Shown here: piece after piece, positions 13,050-28,004 of the stretch
How positions within the stretch are numbered: the stretch's first letter is position 1
Layout: the number at the start of each line of letters is the position of its first letter
Assembly: GCA_017499595.2 (NCBI GenBank)
Contig: CM039010.1
Location: 806,001-870,000 of the forward strand
Length of the DNA stretch: 64,000 nt
Reading direction: 5' to 3'
Source of the DNA: Psilocybe cubensis
Taxonomy: Eukaryota
Notes under the pieces: model-generated
The model's input: only the letters and a program-made list of their open reading frames with translations
The model's database searches: none
Told to the model about the DNA's origin: nothing
Program-made: the position numbers and the translations under genes

Positions 13050-14671
13050 CTATCGTATCATGAAGCCACCAACATGACTTCCCAATCTCGAGACCTCATC
13101 CTCTCCAAAAAGCTTGACAGAGCAACACGATAAAAGAGTAGTTCTCCTCGTTCGCGGAAGTCCACTTTCCGTCCATTTTCTCTCATTGTTCTGTCTTCGC
13201 CCTCGTATCGAAAGGCTGGAGCTTCGTGAGATGGTGCTCGGAGTACCGGAGTGATAGAAGCTTATGGATGGATGGGCAGAGTTCGATCTGCTCATTGGCG
13301 ACATTGGAGAACTCCCTTTATCCTTCTCCTTGCCCTTAGAGATACTTTTAGAGACTGCATCAGGTTTTCGCAGTTTCGGTCTGATAACTTTATTGAACAT
13401 TGCTTGCATCCCTTTTGCGATAACATTAGTAGGAACGCGCGTCGGCGATCGGGTGTGGTGGGGTTTTGATCCTTCCTCTCCGTGGCCGAGAGAGCTAGGA
13501 GCATGTCGCCGAGCAGTCGTAACTTCCTTCCATGCTGTTGAGGACGATGGGAGTAAATCAGGGTATCGACCCTGCGCCACACTAATCTGAATATACAAGA
13601 TTAATGGGTATTCTGAGTTGAAAATTGTTTGCTATGAGAGGAGAAATAGACGCACAATATCGTAATATTTCTGAAACCCTTCCTTCAGGGCAAACCATCT
13701 AGTTTGCATGGTCCGCACTTCTTCTTGGGTATATGCTGAGATGGCGTTAGGCGAAGGGATTGTTGTAGGCTTTGTTGATTCCAAATCTGCTTGCATAAAT
13801 GTCCACCAATCAGATACAGACATCACGGCGCGCGCAAAGTCAGAAAGGAGATTGAGGTTGGCAACCAGTCCTGTGCCGATATCCTTCAGGTGTATTTTCA
13901 TCTTTTCAGCTGACCCAACAATGAGATCAGAAAACGAATGTAGGCCATCATACTGGTGATATACCTACCGTGATCTTTGTCCGGAGGAACAAGAACAACA
14001 AACATATTGTCCTTCGTAGCTGCTGCAATCTACCATCGCAGACATGCAAAGTATATTCTTAGCATCACACTCGATCTCTGGTAAATCTAGGGTCCTCACC
14101 TTATATGCTTCCTGTCTGACATCTCTAAAGCCTTCCATGACCTTCACGGCGTTTTCGCATCCACTACGGCACGTCTCGCGGAGCACCTCGATGTCGATGC
14201 TCACACCTGCATCCCATTCACCCAGCTCCGAATCGACGACAATGAGGGTACTTTCGCAAAGCGAAATAGCGTCCGTGGCTAATTGGTACCCGAGTTGCGC
14301 TGCAAGCATGCTCGCATCGATAAGTCGGATGAGTGCATGGATCTTTGCCGAGATCTTCGTCAGGATGGGAAGGGGGTCGGTTGCACTTCCAGATTCAGAA
14401 TGTGGTTTGTTCGGAATGAAAAAAGGAAGGACAGGTGATTATGAGAGGGATTAGAGAGATTGAATGAAATCTGGAAAATAGGGTTCTGGTACCTTTGCAT
14501 GTTAGAAAAGGAAGCCAAACGATCTAGGCTTTTACGTGTCGTTTTTGCAAGGGCGGTGAGGTCTACATTCGGTATCTGGGTTATGATCTGAGGAGACGTG
14601 GGTATGGATGTGGGTGTGGATGTAGATGTGAGTACAGTGCCGGGATCTTGTGAAGTCGAAGTCGATGCCAT
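13050..14671 (-). CDS. Hypothetical protein, multi-exon
   Basis: ORFs 14360-14671, 13965-14309, 13632-13901 and 13050-13598 can be linked through canonical introns. Helical core plus Ser-rich tail; no family recognised. Confidence 0.6.
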
Positions 14672-16937
14672 GCTTAGGCTGTCAATGGTAGGAAATCAGA
14701 TAAGAGTTTGATGTTTTTACGCCTTCCAATTTATCGCTGGAAATACTGAGAAGTATAAAAATGGAGGGTGGAATCTTTCCTCTGGGTTCTGTTGGTGTGG
14801 GCAGAGACGGACACAATTTTGGTTCTTAAGAACCCGTAGCACTTAGCGCACCATACGCTGACGCATAGTACACCGCCTTAGAGCACATTAAAGGCACGCT
14901 GATAGGATGCGGGAAGCGCGTTGCGTTGAATGATGCAAAAAGCAAAGCATTGTTGACAAACACGATGCAAAAGCGTCATTGGCGCTGAAAAAGTGGATCT
15001 TCATGAAAGAAACGGATAGCATAGCATGACTTGAATTCTGCGTTTGATGAAAACATTGGGTCGTTGTCTACGTTTTGAGTTTGTGTGACAAATGAAAAAA
15101 CAGAGATTTGTCGCGCCTCGTGGGGACTCATTGTAAACTCGTGTTTGGGAGGCGTGGAATTATGCTAGTCCACTGTACTGTAAATAGAACATCGGACCAC
15201 CTCCAACTAAATGGTGCTGTTAGTTACCGAGCCTTAGAGTCATCGTCTGGAATAGTTAAGACACATACCAGCGGGGACCAAGATTCCAGGAAGTGGAAGT
15301 GGATGCATAGTCTAGACTTGAGCAACAGGGTGCATCAGCCAATATTCGCAGTACTTCTTGGGGCATCAGAGTCGGGTAGCAAAGTATAATCCTAGACGTG
15401 ACCAAGATACAAATCCTATCGAAGTAACTTTTTCTATGGGACCCAGATGGAACCCAAAAATTGGTCAGTAGATACACTAAACCCGTTGACTCTAAACTTG
15501 TAAAGTAGTTTACTCACCTTTACATTCTTACACCTTGTTTAGTGACGCGATCTTTAGTTGAATTTTGCCAACTTCTCGCGCCTGTAATTCAGAGTATTTC
15601 GGTGCAGAAAATGATACCACAATTTTAGACGATCATCGATCACCATGTGCACGGGATTAGAATTTCTGCCGCATTTAAGCGCAAAAATCCAGGGTAGTTG
15701 GCTAAAGAAACGAAGAAGGCGCAGAACAATGTGGATGGGTTCGAAAGAGAGGACTGGAACGGGGCCAGGCGGAAGAGTTGTGGCCGGCCCGGAATCTCCG
15801 CTGATTACATATAGGGGAGGCCGGGTGAAAGACATGACGATTCCTGTCTTTTCCGACTTCTTGTGCTCGTCTTCCATCTTGTTCCTTCGCTTTGATTTTT
15901 AATATCCTCCTTGAGCCCTACGAAATGTTGGGTTTATGTTCCTGACGGATTTATCTGGTCCATTTTGATTCTATTGGCTGATATCTACCTCGGAACGGGT
16001 TCGACTTAGTTAAAACAAACGGGATGCATGGAGATTTTATTTCAGTATGTCAGACCTCTAACTACCTTTGTATTTCTGATCTTTTGTCCCTTTGTTGTAA
16101 GACTTCCAGGATTTCCACAACGTGAAAACTATGCCTTATCGCCCTACCCCAAGTCGAGTGTGCTACAGGCCTCAAAGTGTTTACGACGAGCGTACATGTG
16201 ATTTTCAAAGATGTATCTGACTTGCGAACCATCTTCTCTATCAAGTTATCCATGCACAATGTCCTTCGCCTTCTCGCCTGCAAGTTTACAGAACGCGTCG
16301 ATATATCGAACGGGTGTTGCGACATTTCTTCGGCCATATCTCTTGGTAAAAAACTTTCCGTTTGCCATGCTCTCATAAAAGTGTGTCCGGTTGGGGAGGA
16401 TACAATTTGTGGAAAATGAAGTGGTTTCATCGAAGCAATTATTGACATGTATGTATGCCAGCCGTCAACTCGTACACGCACGACCCACCCGTGGATTCGT
16501 ATCTTACTCTAGCCCTACTATTGGGGTGCATTCTGCATTCGAATGTCAGTTGTCAGTTATTCAGAACACTATGTGAATTATGAACACAAATCTATCCAGC
16601 TTCTGTATCACGGCCTCGGAAATTCCTATTGTTCTGATGTGCTAGCGCGTCTTTCCAAGCCTCGTTTTCCATTGATCATTTTTATTCGTGTCTTCTCGTA
16701 GGACAACAGGCCATTTCCAACTTGTTCATTTCGTTCGGCAATGAGCCCTATGGACTGTGGGAAAATTTAATTCCGACATCCGAAAAAGGAAATACAGCTG
16801 ATTTCGCACCGCCACAGGTTTTCGTTTTTGTAACCTCAACCCTCTGCACGCCTCACAGACGAGTTCATCTCTATGAACCCCTCCTCTAATCCTTGACCGA
16901 CGGAAGGTTCTGGCTTTGCGTTTGAGCACCCTCTTAT

Positions 16938-19307
16938 ATGTCCACGTTCACAACGTATGCGGATTCAGCACAGGGAGCAACATCTGTCATGGCTTCAACC
17001 ACTGTAAACGTAAACCTCTTAGCGGCAGATTCGCAGCCATCTTCGACCAGTGCTGGCGATGATGATGCGGGCAAGAAAAAGAAAACTACCAAGAGGAGGA
17101 AAGTCAATCATGCCTGCCTGTACTGTCGACGCAGCCATATGACTTGTGATGAAGGACGGCCTTGTCAGCGATGGTTAGTGGCATCTCAGTGTTATTTGTG
17201 TTCAACCCCGGACTGACTTCGGTTCATCTCTTTGTTTTTCACAATTTCAATTGCACACCCATTTTATCTGTTGTACATCTTTTTCAGCATCAAACGTGAA
17301 ATTGGACATCTATGCCACGACGAGCGTCGGCCCAAGGTACCTGAAAAACCTGTCGAAACTGCTGGAGTACCAGTCGTAGATATACCGAGGACGTATGCTC
17401 CAGGTATGCACTTCTAATTCCACAATCTGCGACCGACTTTCCCGTCTAATATCCACCAACCATTTTAGTGCCTGTTTATCAAGGCCAGCCCGCACAGTCG
17501 ACCTCAACGTGGCCTATGTCGGTACCGACATATATGTATACGCCAGAAACCTTCGGCAATGAGTTTTCGGTTTTAACGTACGTGCTCCACTTCGGACCGC
17601 AAATATTTTCCGTTGGTTTAAAAGCTGAGCAAAACGTCCCACTAGCGACTTCCTCGAAACGTTGGACGATGGCTCATTTTTTTCGCCTCCTGCTACAATT
17701 GCACCTTCGCTCGTATCTTCTGCTTCGTTCCCTTCGACGACCGCAAACATCCCAGCCACAAATCAAGCGGCGACTCCCACGACGACGCTGGCGACTGGTC
17801 AACTCCAGGCCGCTATCTACCCTGGAATGGTAACAATCCCTGCGACGGCGGAAGCGACAACTACGACAGCAACTGCATCCGCCACACAGTCCACCGAAAA
17901 CATTTTGCCTGCGGCGACAAAGACGGAAAAATTCCTCCTTACTGCTGCAGACCAGGAATCGGGATCCCGGGACGAGCGGTTAAATCGGGTCATCAGAAGC
18001 AAATACGAGGCAGGTCTATTAAAACCGTATAACTACGTCAAGGGTTACGCCAGGCTATCGCGATGGATGGACCGAAAGTATGTGTTTCTTCACCTTTCAC
18101 CTTTCATTCATTTGGCTGGTTGCACCACGCCCTAACCCTATTCCGTTTATCTTTGTTATTTGGAGAACGGTCATCGCCGGTCATTTGCTTACATCGAATC
18201 TGTGCAGTGTCTCTCAGGAATCAAAGCAGCAGATTCTTCAACCGTTGTCCGTCCTTCGTCCTAAATTTAGGGTAAGACAATGCTTCTCTGCTCCCTATCT
18301 ATTCTATTCTCGACTTGACATTCACTTACTTCTCTTCATCGGCAGGCTGTCGCACAATCGCTTCGTGATCTGGTATGTTGTTTATACCATAGACATTGGT
18401 GTTTGATCCACCTTCAAATTCCGCACTAAACCCCGCCCTACATGACAGGACTTGGTTTTCATAGAGGAGGCCTTTGAGCGAATGCTCCTGGACTACGACC
18501 GGGTTTTCTCGGCTATGGGTGTTCCCGCGTGCCTCTGGAGAAGAACGGGCGAGATTTACAAGGGAAATAGGGAATTCACGGAACTCGTGGGCGTTGATGG
18601 ATACATGATGCGCGATGTCAGTGATCCACTCCGTTTTAGTTCATTGTTTATTTCCTTCACGTACTCTCTACGCTTTTCGTACTTGCATCCCCGCTATCGG
18701 TGTGGGTCGTGTTACGTACGGATAAGTGGATAGAGTGCTGGAAGCAAACATACTCTCAGATGAGGGCGTGCATTACTTTATCTGTGACTAGATTCTGATC
18801 TTTTTTTATCTAGGGCCGCTTATGTATCTATGAACTCATGGCTGAGGAATCTGCTGTTAATTACTGGGAGGTACGTTTGTGGTCTTATTTGGTGCATGTA
18901 AATCTTGCTGATGTGCTTTATTGTGCAACAGAAATATGGCCACGTGGCTTTCGACTCCAGCCAGAAAGCCGTACTGACCTCCTGCGTGTTAAGATACAAG
19001 CCAGTTCTGAATACTAGCACCACGAGTCCGGTCATTAGCAAGGCGACTACCTCAGGTAAGTATTTTTTCTCTTGTGGCGCTCGCGCGGTGGTTTCGCCAA
19101 GAACCCTTTGAGCTGATTGGTTAACCACCCTTAAAAATCCCGCCAGGCACACCGAGCGCTTCTGGAACATCGGCGTTGGTCAAGAAGGAAGATGAAGAGC
19201 CTCAAGCTATGGAGGAAGGGTTCATCAACTGCTGTTTCTCGTTTACCATCCGCAGGGATAAGTGGGGTATTCCGAGCATGATAGTCGGCAACTTCATCCA
19301 GTGTTGA
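16938..19307 (+). CDS. RDS2: Zn(II)2Cys6 transcription factor, Rds2/AcuM type (gluconeogenesis regulator with C-terminal PAS-like region)
   Basis: KRRKVNHACLYCRRSHMTCDEGRPCQRCIKREIGHLCHD; GLLKPYNYVKGYARL; PACLWRRTGEI; INCCFSFTIRRD...IVGNF*. Confidence 0.88.
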
Positions 19308-19850
19308 ACGACGCGAAACGGAGAACATATCGGCCTTCCACAGCAAACCTGAGTACAAAGAAGAGAAAATCAAAAAGAAGTTAATTTGTTTGTATCAACA
19401 CCGATGAGATGAGCGATAGGAAAGCTGGCGAAGTGAAGTGATGAGACGCTATTGCGCACTATTCAGATACATTTTTTTTACTAATTGCGAAGGGATGTGG
19501 ATTTTGCTATCTATTGCCTCCAGTATTTATTGTACGTGTTATGTTTCTCGACATGCTTCGGTGAAGGAATAAAAACCTTTGGGCCCCTAACTTGATTAGC
19601 AAGTGTTGCGATGGGCGCGACGCGACGCGTCTGTAATCGGTCATCTGATACCAAGCTATTGATTATCGATTCAGATTCGGATTCTGTGTTCACCCAGTGT
19701 CACAGCCTCCATGACCTTGTCAATCAGATTCATATTAGGGGTTACTAACGGCATGAACAATTTGACGGTCACAGAGACGAACTATCAATAACTCGCAGTG
19801 ATCCCCTGCCTTGACTTCACAGTGTTGTAAGCCATTACTTCTCACCTCGG

Positions 19851-22800
19851 ATGCCTTCTCAGCACGGAGCTAAACATTGGGTACAGAGAAAAACCAAGAC
19901 TGCAGCAAGAATGTCTGTAGGAATCGTCAAAGGCTCTTTACCTAGCGCTCTCCAGAAACCAGCCCATTCGTCTCCATCGCCTCCGCTTGCCGATAACCCC
20001 TTCGTGGACGATGTCGAGATATCACAGGCGTTGCTCAAGGGCACAATGATGACAAAAATCTCCGATAAGGGCGAAAAGTCCGTGTTGTTTAGGATTGATC
20101 CTGATGAAGGTCGGATATTGTACAAGTCGAACAAAGGTGGTATAGGTGCGTCATTCATTCATCACCATTTTGCATCTGTGGGATTCCCATGTATATGTAC
20201 TTGAAATATCGCTTAATTCTAACGGCTTCGTGTTGTCTTTCCTAGTTCCCATCGAAAGTATCAAGGAACTACGTCTTGGACCCAACGCACGATATTACAG
20301 GGAACAGTTCAAGCTCCCCACCGACCTAGAAGAACGATGGATCACCATCATCTATATCCTAGACGGCACATACAAGACACTCCACATTGTTGCGGAGACA
20401 CGGGACGTGTTCCACCAGTGGAGCGTCGCTCTGCAAAAACTATACGCCGTCCGACAGGGGTTGATGACAGGCCTGGGGAATGTGGATATTCGTCAGACTG
20501 TTTGGGAGAGACAGTACTGGAAAGGTGCTGATGAGGAGGGAGATCAAGTACTGGACTTCGATGACGTCGAGAGGTTGTGTAAGAGGTTGAATGTAAATCT
20601 GACACCCGAGGCATTGCGGAAGCTGTTCGAGGTAGGTCCTCTATTTCGACAACTTTGTTATCAATCAGACTTTACTCATTAAATGCGCAGGAACTGGACA
20701 CTCAAGGACGCGGGTATCTTGATTATGCCCAATTCCAACAATTTGCAAAGATCTTGAAGAGGCGACCTGAACTGGAGAGCATATATGAGAAGATAACAAC
20801 GCGAAGCGGGGGCAAGTTCGATTTGGCTGCATTTATTAAATTCATGAAGGAGTTTCAAAAGGTGACTGTATATATTCATTGCTTCTGTCGAATACATAAT
20901 TGACTGAAATGACCATTTCGCTTATAGTCCAAACTAAATGACGATCAGTTAAAGGAACTGTTTACTAAATATGCTGGCTCATCATCAAACTTGCCCAACG
21001 AGCCTGCTGATTTTCTCTCTCTGGACGGCTTCTCAAACTTCCTCGCCTCACCTGATAACTCTGCGTTCACCGAACAGAATTTTGGTGTCTGGCAAGACAT
21101 GACAGCACCTATTTCGGACTACTACATATCATCTTCCCATAACACGTACCTCGTGGGTCATCAACTAGTTGGCGTCAGCACCATCGAGGGTTATATCAGG
21201 GCGTTGCTTCATAGCTGTAGAAGCGTTGAGTGTACGCGTTTCTCACAGCAGTCATGATTTTTTAATTACTGATATATATGCGACGACCAAAAAATTATAG
21301 TGGATATATACGATGGCGACCATGGCGAGCCTATGATTTATCATGGAAAGACATTCACTTCCAAGGTCTCCCTGCGTCATATCTGTGAAGCCATAGCAAA
21401 ATACGCGTTTATAACCTCGCCCTATCCCATCCTGATATCCGCTGAAGTACACTGTGGCGTCCAACAACAGGACAGGATTGTGGATATCATGGTTGAGGTA
21501 TTCGGCGATTCTATCATTCAGGCTCCTGTAGAGGGTCGTCCGAAACTTGCACAGCTTCCTAGCCCTGAAAGTCTGAAGGGGAAATTCCTGCTTAAAGTGT
21601 GTTTCAATTTTCCTCATTTATTCTTGCATTCTGATATTGAATGAAAATCTAGGCTAAGAACCTGTACGTCGTCGCACAGTTGGCTGCGGCACAAGCCGAA
21701 CGTCTCGCGAAGAAGGTCGCTGAAGACAAAGAAGCGACAATTGAAGCAGAATCCTCCTCCACTTCCTCAGACTCTACGGATAACGAAGCTGAGGTGCTAC
21801 TCAAGGAGGGTATTACCGACATCAAGAAAACGTGGAAGCGACTCCGCGGGAAGGGTGACCCCTCGAAGGCCTCGGATGCAAACGACAAAGAGGGAAAGCA
21901 CAGGAAGAAGATGTCTTTCCGCCTCGCTTCCCTCCTCGTGTACACGGTAGGCGTCAAGTGCCATGGTATCGCTCCGAGCATCGAGTATGCGCCTGAGCAT
22001 ATATTCTCTCTCTCTGAAAATGCGGCGAATCGGATGATGAAGGCCAGCATGCAGGATTTAGTAAAGCATAACCATACTCACCTTGTGAGGATATATCCAA
22101 AGGGGACGAGAGTAAACTCTACGAATTATGAACCGCATAGGTATTGGGCAGCCGGGTGCCAAGTTGTGGCAATCAACTGGCAGACGTTTGGTAAGTACGG
22201 TTTCCCTCCCTATTAATGTCCATTGAGAATTTTAATTTTCTGATTTGTCGCTTGTGTTCTATTCGCTTTCGCGGTGTAGATTTAGGATATGTTATCAATC
22301 AGGCCATGTTCCAGCGTAACGGAAAGTCGGGCTATGTTTTAAAACCAGAAGCCCTCCGCTGTCCTGAAAAGGACTTGCTATCGAAGCGCACTCAGCACTT
22401 CCTCGATGTTACCGTGCGTATTGTCGGCCAAACTCTTCCTTCCTTTTCGCCTCGGAGCACCATTACACTTACACACTGCCTCGTGTATAATAGCTAATCA
22501 GTATTGTTTGCAGATCATATCTGCGCAGCAGGTCCCCCGGTTGCGTAACTCCAGAGGGGAAGAAATAATCGAAAAATCTATCGTTGACCCGTTCATACAG
22601 GTGTCGCTTCACATCCCTGATTGGTCTCATTCGCCTTTCCTACCGGACTCGGCTACAACTTCAGGGGCGAAGTACACACCTTCGACAGACGCCACAACAA
22701 CCAGTGTATCATCTGCCAGGACGGTCTCGTTTAAAACGAAGGTGATTAAGGACAATGGATTTAATCCTGTATGGCAGGAGGAACTGTGCCTGCCGTTCGA

Positions 22801-23072
22801 TTGTGTGGGCGGCATGAAAGAGTTAATTTTTGTGGAGTTTGCGGTGAGGCAGGAAGGTCAAAATGATGACGATGAGCCCCTCGGTTTATATTGTGTGCCA
22901 CTGGGGTGCTTGGAGCAGGGTTAGTCTGTATTTTATGGGTTGTTCATGTGCCTTTGCTCATTTTATTGTCATGCTTCTAGGATTCCGACATCTTCCCTTG
23001 CACGACGCACAGCTTACGCAACATTTGTTTTCGACGCTGTTCATTCAGGTCAATATTCGAGACATTGACTAG
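19851..23072 (+). CDS. PLC1: Phosphoinositide-specific phospholipase C (paralog 1)
   Basis: PH-like N-terminus, EF hands, X box (YYISSSHNTYL, IYHG), Y box (RIYPKGTRVNSTNY) and C2 domain (DNGFNPVW, GFRHLPL). Start may be 19851 or 19911. Confidence 0.92.
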
Positions 23073-23838
23073 ACTTGATTCATTCATCTATTTCAACTCA
23101 CCTTCCAAACAACATATGAAATTCGATGCGTGAAATGTTCATTACCATCGCTTGGTATCTTCAATGTATTAATATCTTGTTTCTCACCACGTACCTCTAT
23201 AAGAACGACGCGCGCTCCATATGGACGCCAAAATGTACTAAAACGTTAATCGTCTATCCGACATCTATTGTATGGCAATTCAAATGTTATGCGTTCGGCT
23301 GCATGGGTGTGTTTTCCTCTGTTTTTTTTTGCTGCACGAATTGTCCTTTGCGTTCTCACGAATTCTCCATCCTCGTGCGTCAGGCTCTTGCAAGATGTTC
23401 CCTGTGTTCGGCTGATCCAGATCGACCACTCTATAACCGCTGATTAAAGACGTCATGACACCCCCCCCCGCGATATTGATTGGATTTTACTATGCAGGTA
23501 ATGATCAATTGGCGATTTTAGGTTCTGTACCGGTTATCTAGCTCATTATGTGAACTGACACCATCTCATGGCGAACATGCACAGCTGCTCGTGGTCACTG
23601 TTTCTACCCTCGGAAGTAATCTGCTTGGTAAGGACATGCCATTCAGTTCCGAGAGTGTGGCGGGGCTCCCCCTGACCTCGTGTGTGAATTTATCTCAAAC
23701 ACCTGCTCTTGCTAGCTCGTCTACGGTCTAACCGCCTGATGTCCCTGGTCCTACCAGAGCCGCAAAGTGCATAGAGAGACCGCCGGCAGATCATTGAAAG
23801 CCGTAGGGATTCTCAAGTCTCCTTTTCAAGATCTAGGG

Positions 23839-24825
23839 CAGTGGTGGCATAGTCGGCGACTTTAGTCGATAGTCGGGACCCGACTAAGTCGACTAAGTCC
23901 GACTAAGTCGTCGACTATCACCAAAAATGGAAATTTTTCCAGACTAAGTATCACGTGTAAAATAAAACTTTGATCAATCTGGGTTTCAACTAGACAGAGG
24001 CACGGCAAATCTGCGTTGACAATTTTAATAATTGTGTACACTCCAAAAACAATTCCTACAGTGTATGCCAGACAATTCAAATCTATTTTACTTACATTTT
24101 GCGTGTGATAAGTACTACAGCAGTTTGTGCGCCATCTTGAGACGTGTCGGAGTTTGATTGTGGATCAAGTAAGCGGCCCGACGGTGAATCACATCCACGG
24201 CGAGGTGATGTCCCACCCCAAACAACCTCCAACATTTTTACTTCTTCTTTATATCAGCCCAAACATCGATCTGAAATCCGGACTGTATTTAACTACGGAG
24301 GTGCAAACTCAATCAGGCCAGTCACAATCCAATCTTACTCATCTTACTCAACTAACCTCTTGCCTAATCAATGAGGAGACCCAGAAAATATTCCGGAAGA
24401 CCTGGGAACACCTAAAAGTAGGTTAACTATGAGCTGGTTTAATTTTTTACAGGATGCTATTTGGATCCCACATGCAAAGCAAAGTGAAGTTGGAAGCTTG
24501 CATGAAGAATTAGAATTGTATGACCTATTTGATCTTGATGCACATGGTGAAATGAATATGTTGATTATGGTGTTGAGGATAACATTGATAGTATATTTAC
24601 AATTTATGTGCACTCAAAGGTATTTATTCCTCTGCTACTGTACCAAAGACAAAATGTATGCAGACTACGAATCTGTGACGAAGTGCACATTTGAACGTGG
24701 GAAAGTCCCGACTATGACTTCATATCGACCTATATTTGGGAACTTAGTCTAGTCTAGTCGGAAATCCGACTAAGCCGCATAGTCATGCGACTATTCCGAC
24801 TAAGTCGCCGACTATGCCACCACTG
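23839..24825. mobile_element. Non-autonomous hAT-type DNA transposon (deletion derivative, 987 bp)
   Basis: Perfect 24-bp TIRs CAGTGGTGGCATAGTCGGCGACTT; 8-bp TSD ATCTAGGG (23831-23838 and 24826-24833); subterminal CGACTAAGT repeats; internal coding-like remnant (EELELYDLFDLDAHGE). Confidence 0.9.
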
Positions 24826-25398
24826 ATCTAGGGTGTGGTGAGTGGACATTTCATTTTATAGTTCATATCGTTGGCCCTCGAGAGGCGCTTATGTTTTTAT
24901 GCCTTTTTGAATCTTCTGTGGACAAGCCTATCTGTAGGATAATTCTAAAATTTAACGGGGGCCACCTTCGATGCGCAAATTTCAGCGCCCCAAATATTGA
25001 CAGATGTGTGCACCAAAGCAACTAATCCAGAAAAGAAGGGTGTACGTATACTTAAGGGTCCACAGATTAGGTAACTCGTTAGTCACTCTGATTTCAATTC
25101 CCCTTCTCTTCTTTTTGCTTTTTTACCCCGCATCTTCGGCGCGCGCCTTCGTTTTTTCGCCCTCCTTTCTCTTTACGACCACCATCTGCCTCTGTCTATC
25201 GTTATCATTGCTTTCGCCTCTTTCCCTTTCTCTGATCTGATTCCTGTTTGATATCTTCACCATCGGATATGATTTCATCGAGTTTTGGGAATTATCCACC
25301 CAGTGATGTGATTTTTTCATCAAGGGTGACTTTTACACAGCAAGGCCACTAATGTTATTTTTACATGGCAGGATCCATCTTTCCCCCGCGCAAAAGCT

Positions 25399-26871
25399 AT
25401 GAGTGATTCCTACGCGAGCCACAGCAACAAAGACGGAAGATACGGCCTCCACTTTTATTACGGTAATTCTTGGGATAACCGTACATCCGAACCGGCAATG
25501 GAATCTGATGTGCAAGTTCCCGCGTGTACGACGACGACGACGAGGACGTCATCGGCAATCGAATGGTCTGCGGATGCCGTCCGAAGAACGTTACCATTCA
25601 ATCAAATCCCTCTACACCGACCCCCCGAGTTCTATGAAGCCTCTATCCAGGAAACGTCTACCCTCGGTGACATCGGACGGCGGTCTGAGAATGGAGTCAG
25701 CGTACTTCCAGAGTCTTACCAGCCTTCATTACGATCAAGTGGCGACCGCGTTACTGAGCGCCATCCGATGTCATATGTGCGATTGTTTACGTAGACTTCG
25801 CTAATTTACCGACTAACGAAATTGGCGTCGTTTATACAGGTATCCCGACTGCCAACTCATGGCGCGCTACCGCATAGCGGATATGTCAGACTTAACCCGC
25901 TTCGATATGCACATCTACCCCTGTATTTACAACAAGCATTACTCTATGAACCAACAGAAGAAGAGCTGGCAGAACGCGCAGTGAGTTGTCTACCCGATTC
26001 GCAACAATTCCGTCTTTTTTGATTTTTGCTGTGTTGGTTTAACAGCACCAGCCTGTACCTCCCGAGAAACTTTCTAAATACTCCGAGCTCTCCCCACATT
26101 TGGAATTTATGCAACGGCTTAAACTCGAAGAAATGATGGAAAAGAAATCCAGAAATTTGGCTCAGTGCACTTCAACGGTAAGCCTTCATAATCTTTTTTG
26201 TCATCAGAGTTTAGTAACGATATGCGCTCAAAGGCAGCAGCAGCAGTTCTTCCATCTAATGCTCCTAGGTCACCAAATGACATCGGAGATGCTATCGCTC
26301 ATCCACGTAGCGTTTCCCAGAGCACCCATGGTACTTCTCACACATCCAACCTGACAGCAACCCCAGCGCCTCTACCCAACTTGCTAATTCCGGATGCTCC
26401 TCCCCCGAAGAAGCGCAGGCGAAGTAAGCAGGCCACTGGTAAAATGGACTCCCCATTAGACGATACAATGGAGGTTGATCAATCTTCCAATCCTGCGACT
26501 GACCTTGGTGGTCTTTTGGGAAATGGGCAGATATCTCCCATTTCAAATTCCTCCGGTGAGATCAAATACATCAAGTTGGACCCTAGGAAAGGAGCACTGG
26601 CATGTACATTCTGCCGGGAGCGTAAGATTTCATGCGGGAGGCCGCCTCCAGGGAGCCCCGACCAAACTTGCAAGTAAGTTTATTACACTCCTCTGCTCCT
26701 ATATTGACATCTCATCTCACTTTCCTTCTGTGCATTTTATGAATCAGTCAGTGTGCTCGTCGCTCGTTCAATTGCGAGTACACCGCTGACTTACCGATTG
26801 GACCCATCTCCAAAAGCACGACCCGACGACGACGCCGATCATCTGCGGGGGGCGCTTCCCCTTCTAAATAA
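25399..26871 (+). CDS. Zn(II)2Cys6 transcription factor with C-terminal cluster
   Basis: ACTFCRERKISCGRPPPGSPDQTC|NQCARRSFNCEY across an intron; NLS PKKRRR; stop at 26869-26871. Confidence 0.8.
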
Positions 26872-28004
26872 TGAAGCAATCTTTTCAGGCATGCAAATTA
26901 AGGTCACCGACTGGGACATCGACAGGTAGTTCGGTCCTCTCCCACTAACCGTGTGCTTCCATTCTCTATCTAAACCAACCAATCAACCATATTTCTACTG
27001 ACTCGCGTCTGTTGAACGTGACTTGGAATTGTCCATTCAACCTTGCCGACATCAAATTTTTCTGCTTTCTCGCTTTCTTGGTGCTCTCTCTGCATTCGTT
27101 TCCTCGTTTTCGGGAGATTTCTCTCTAAATGCTGTGGTTTCTGCTATCGCTGACATCTTGCTGTCATGGGTGTACACCACCTTTTCTACTCTATTCCTCT
27201 GCTATAATCCAAGCCCTGATTATACCTTCTCCTTTAATCACTCTTAATAATGTACATATTCATCGTATCCGACTCTGATTTCCATGTGGTTAGGAATCTA
27301 GTTCTTTGCTCTTACTCGCTCTCCACTTGACAATTTTGTTACATTTGTCCAATATCTAAGTACTCATTAACTTTAAAATGTACTATACACATCTTTAGGG
27401 TTCCTCGACATTTCAGGGATCACTTTTTGGACATCAATACCATCAATATCTTTCAGCATTACGAATGTGAACTTGAACCCATGTTAAACGACCATTGAAT
27501 GTACAATTCAGGTTCCGCGGAGGCTGTCTCTGTTGCATGACTGAGCAACTTCGGGCCGAATTGACGGGTACAGGCAATACACTGCTGGAGGCCATTGATA
27601 TATGCCAAATAAAAACGAATCAGATACACGTTCTGTATATTAACATGTTGTTTTTGTTGACTTTTTTTTCAAGAAATATGGTTCGGAATGCACTTCCGAA
27701 GTATATTTCTCTAAAAATGTCAATAAAAGGCACTCAATCAAACACATAACGTGTATCTAATCTGTTTTTATTTGACATATATGAATGGGTGCCAGCAGTG
27801 ATAGCGCCCCGACTGAACGTTGAACATTAAGACACCAACGGAAAACCACAATTTCATAATCTTGACATAATGCGGCATTCACCATATAGTGAGTTTAGTA
27901 TCAAGCTTACATTTTTTGTGCATATCTACCTCGATAGTATGTCAATCTGTTACTAGAACGTCTATTCAATATCATTGTTAGCAAATCATCTGCTGGGTAT
28001 GCAT

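Noticed and set aside
15108-16576. ORFs 15554-15877 and 16062-16481
   Set aside because: No motifs and no convincing exon chain; may be degenerate remnants.
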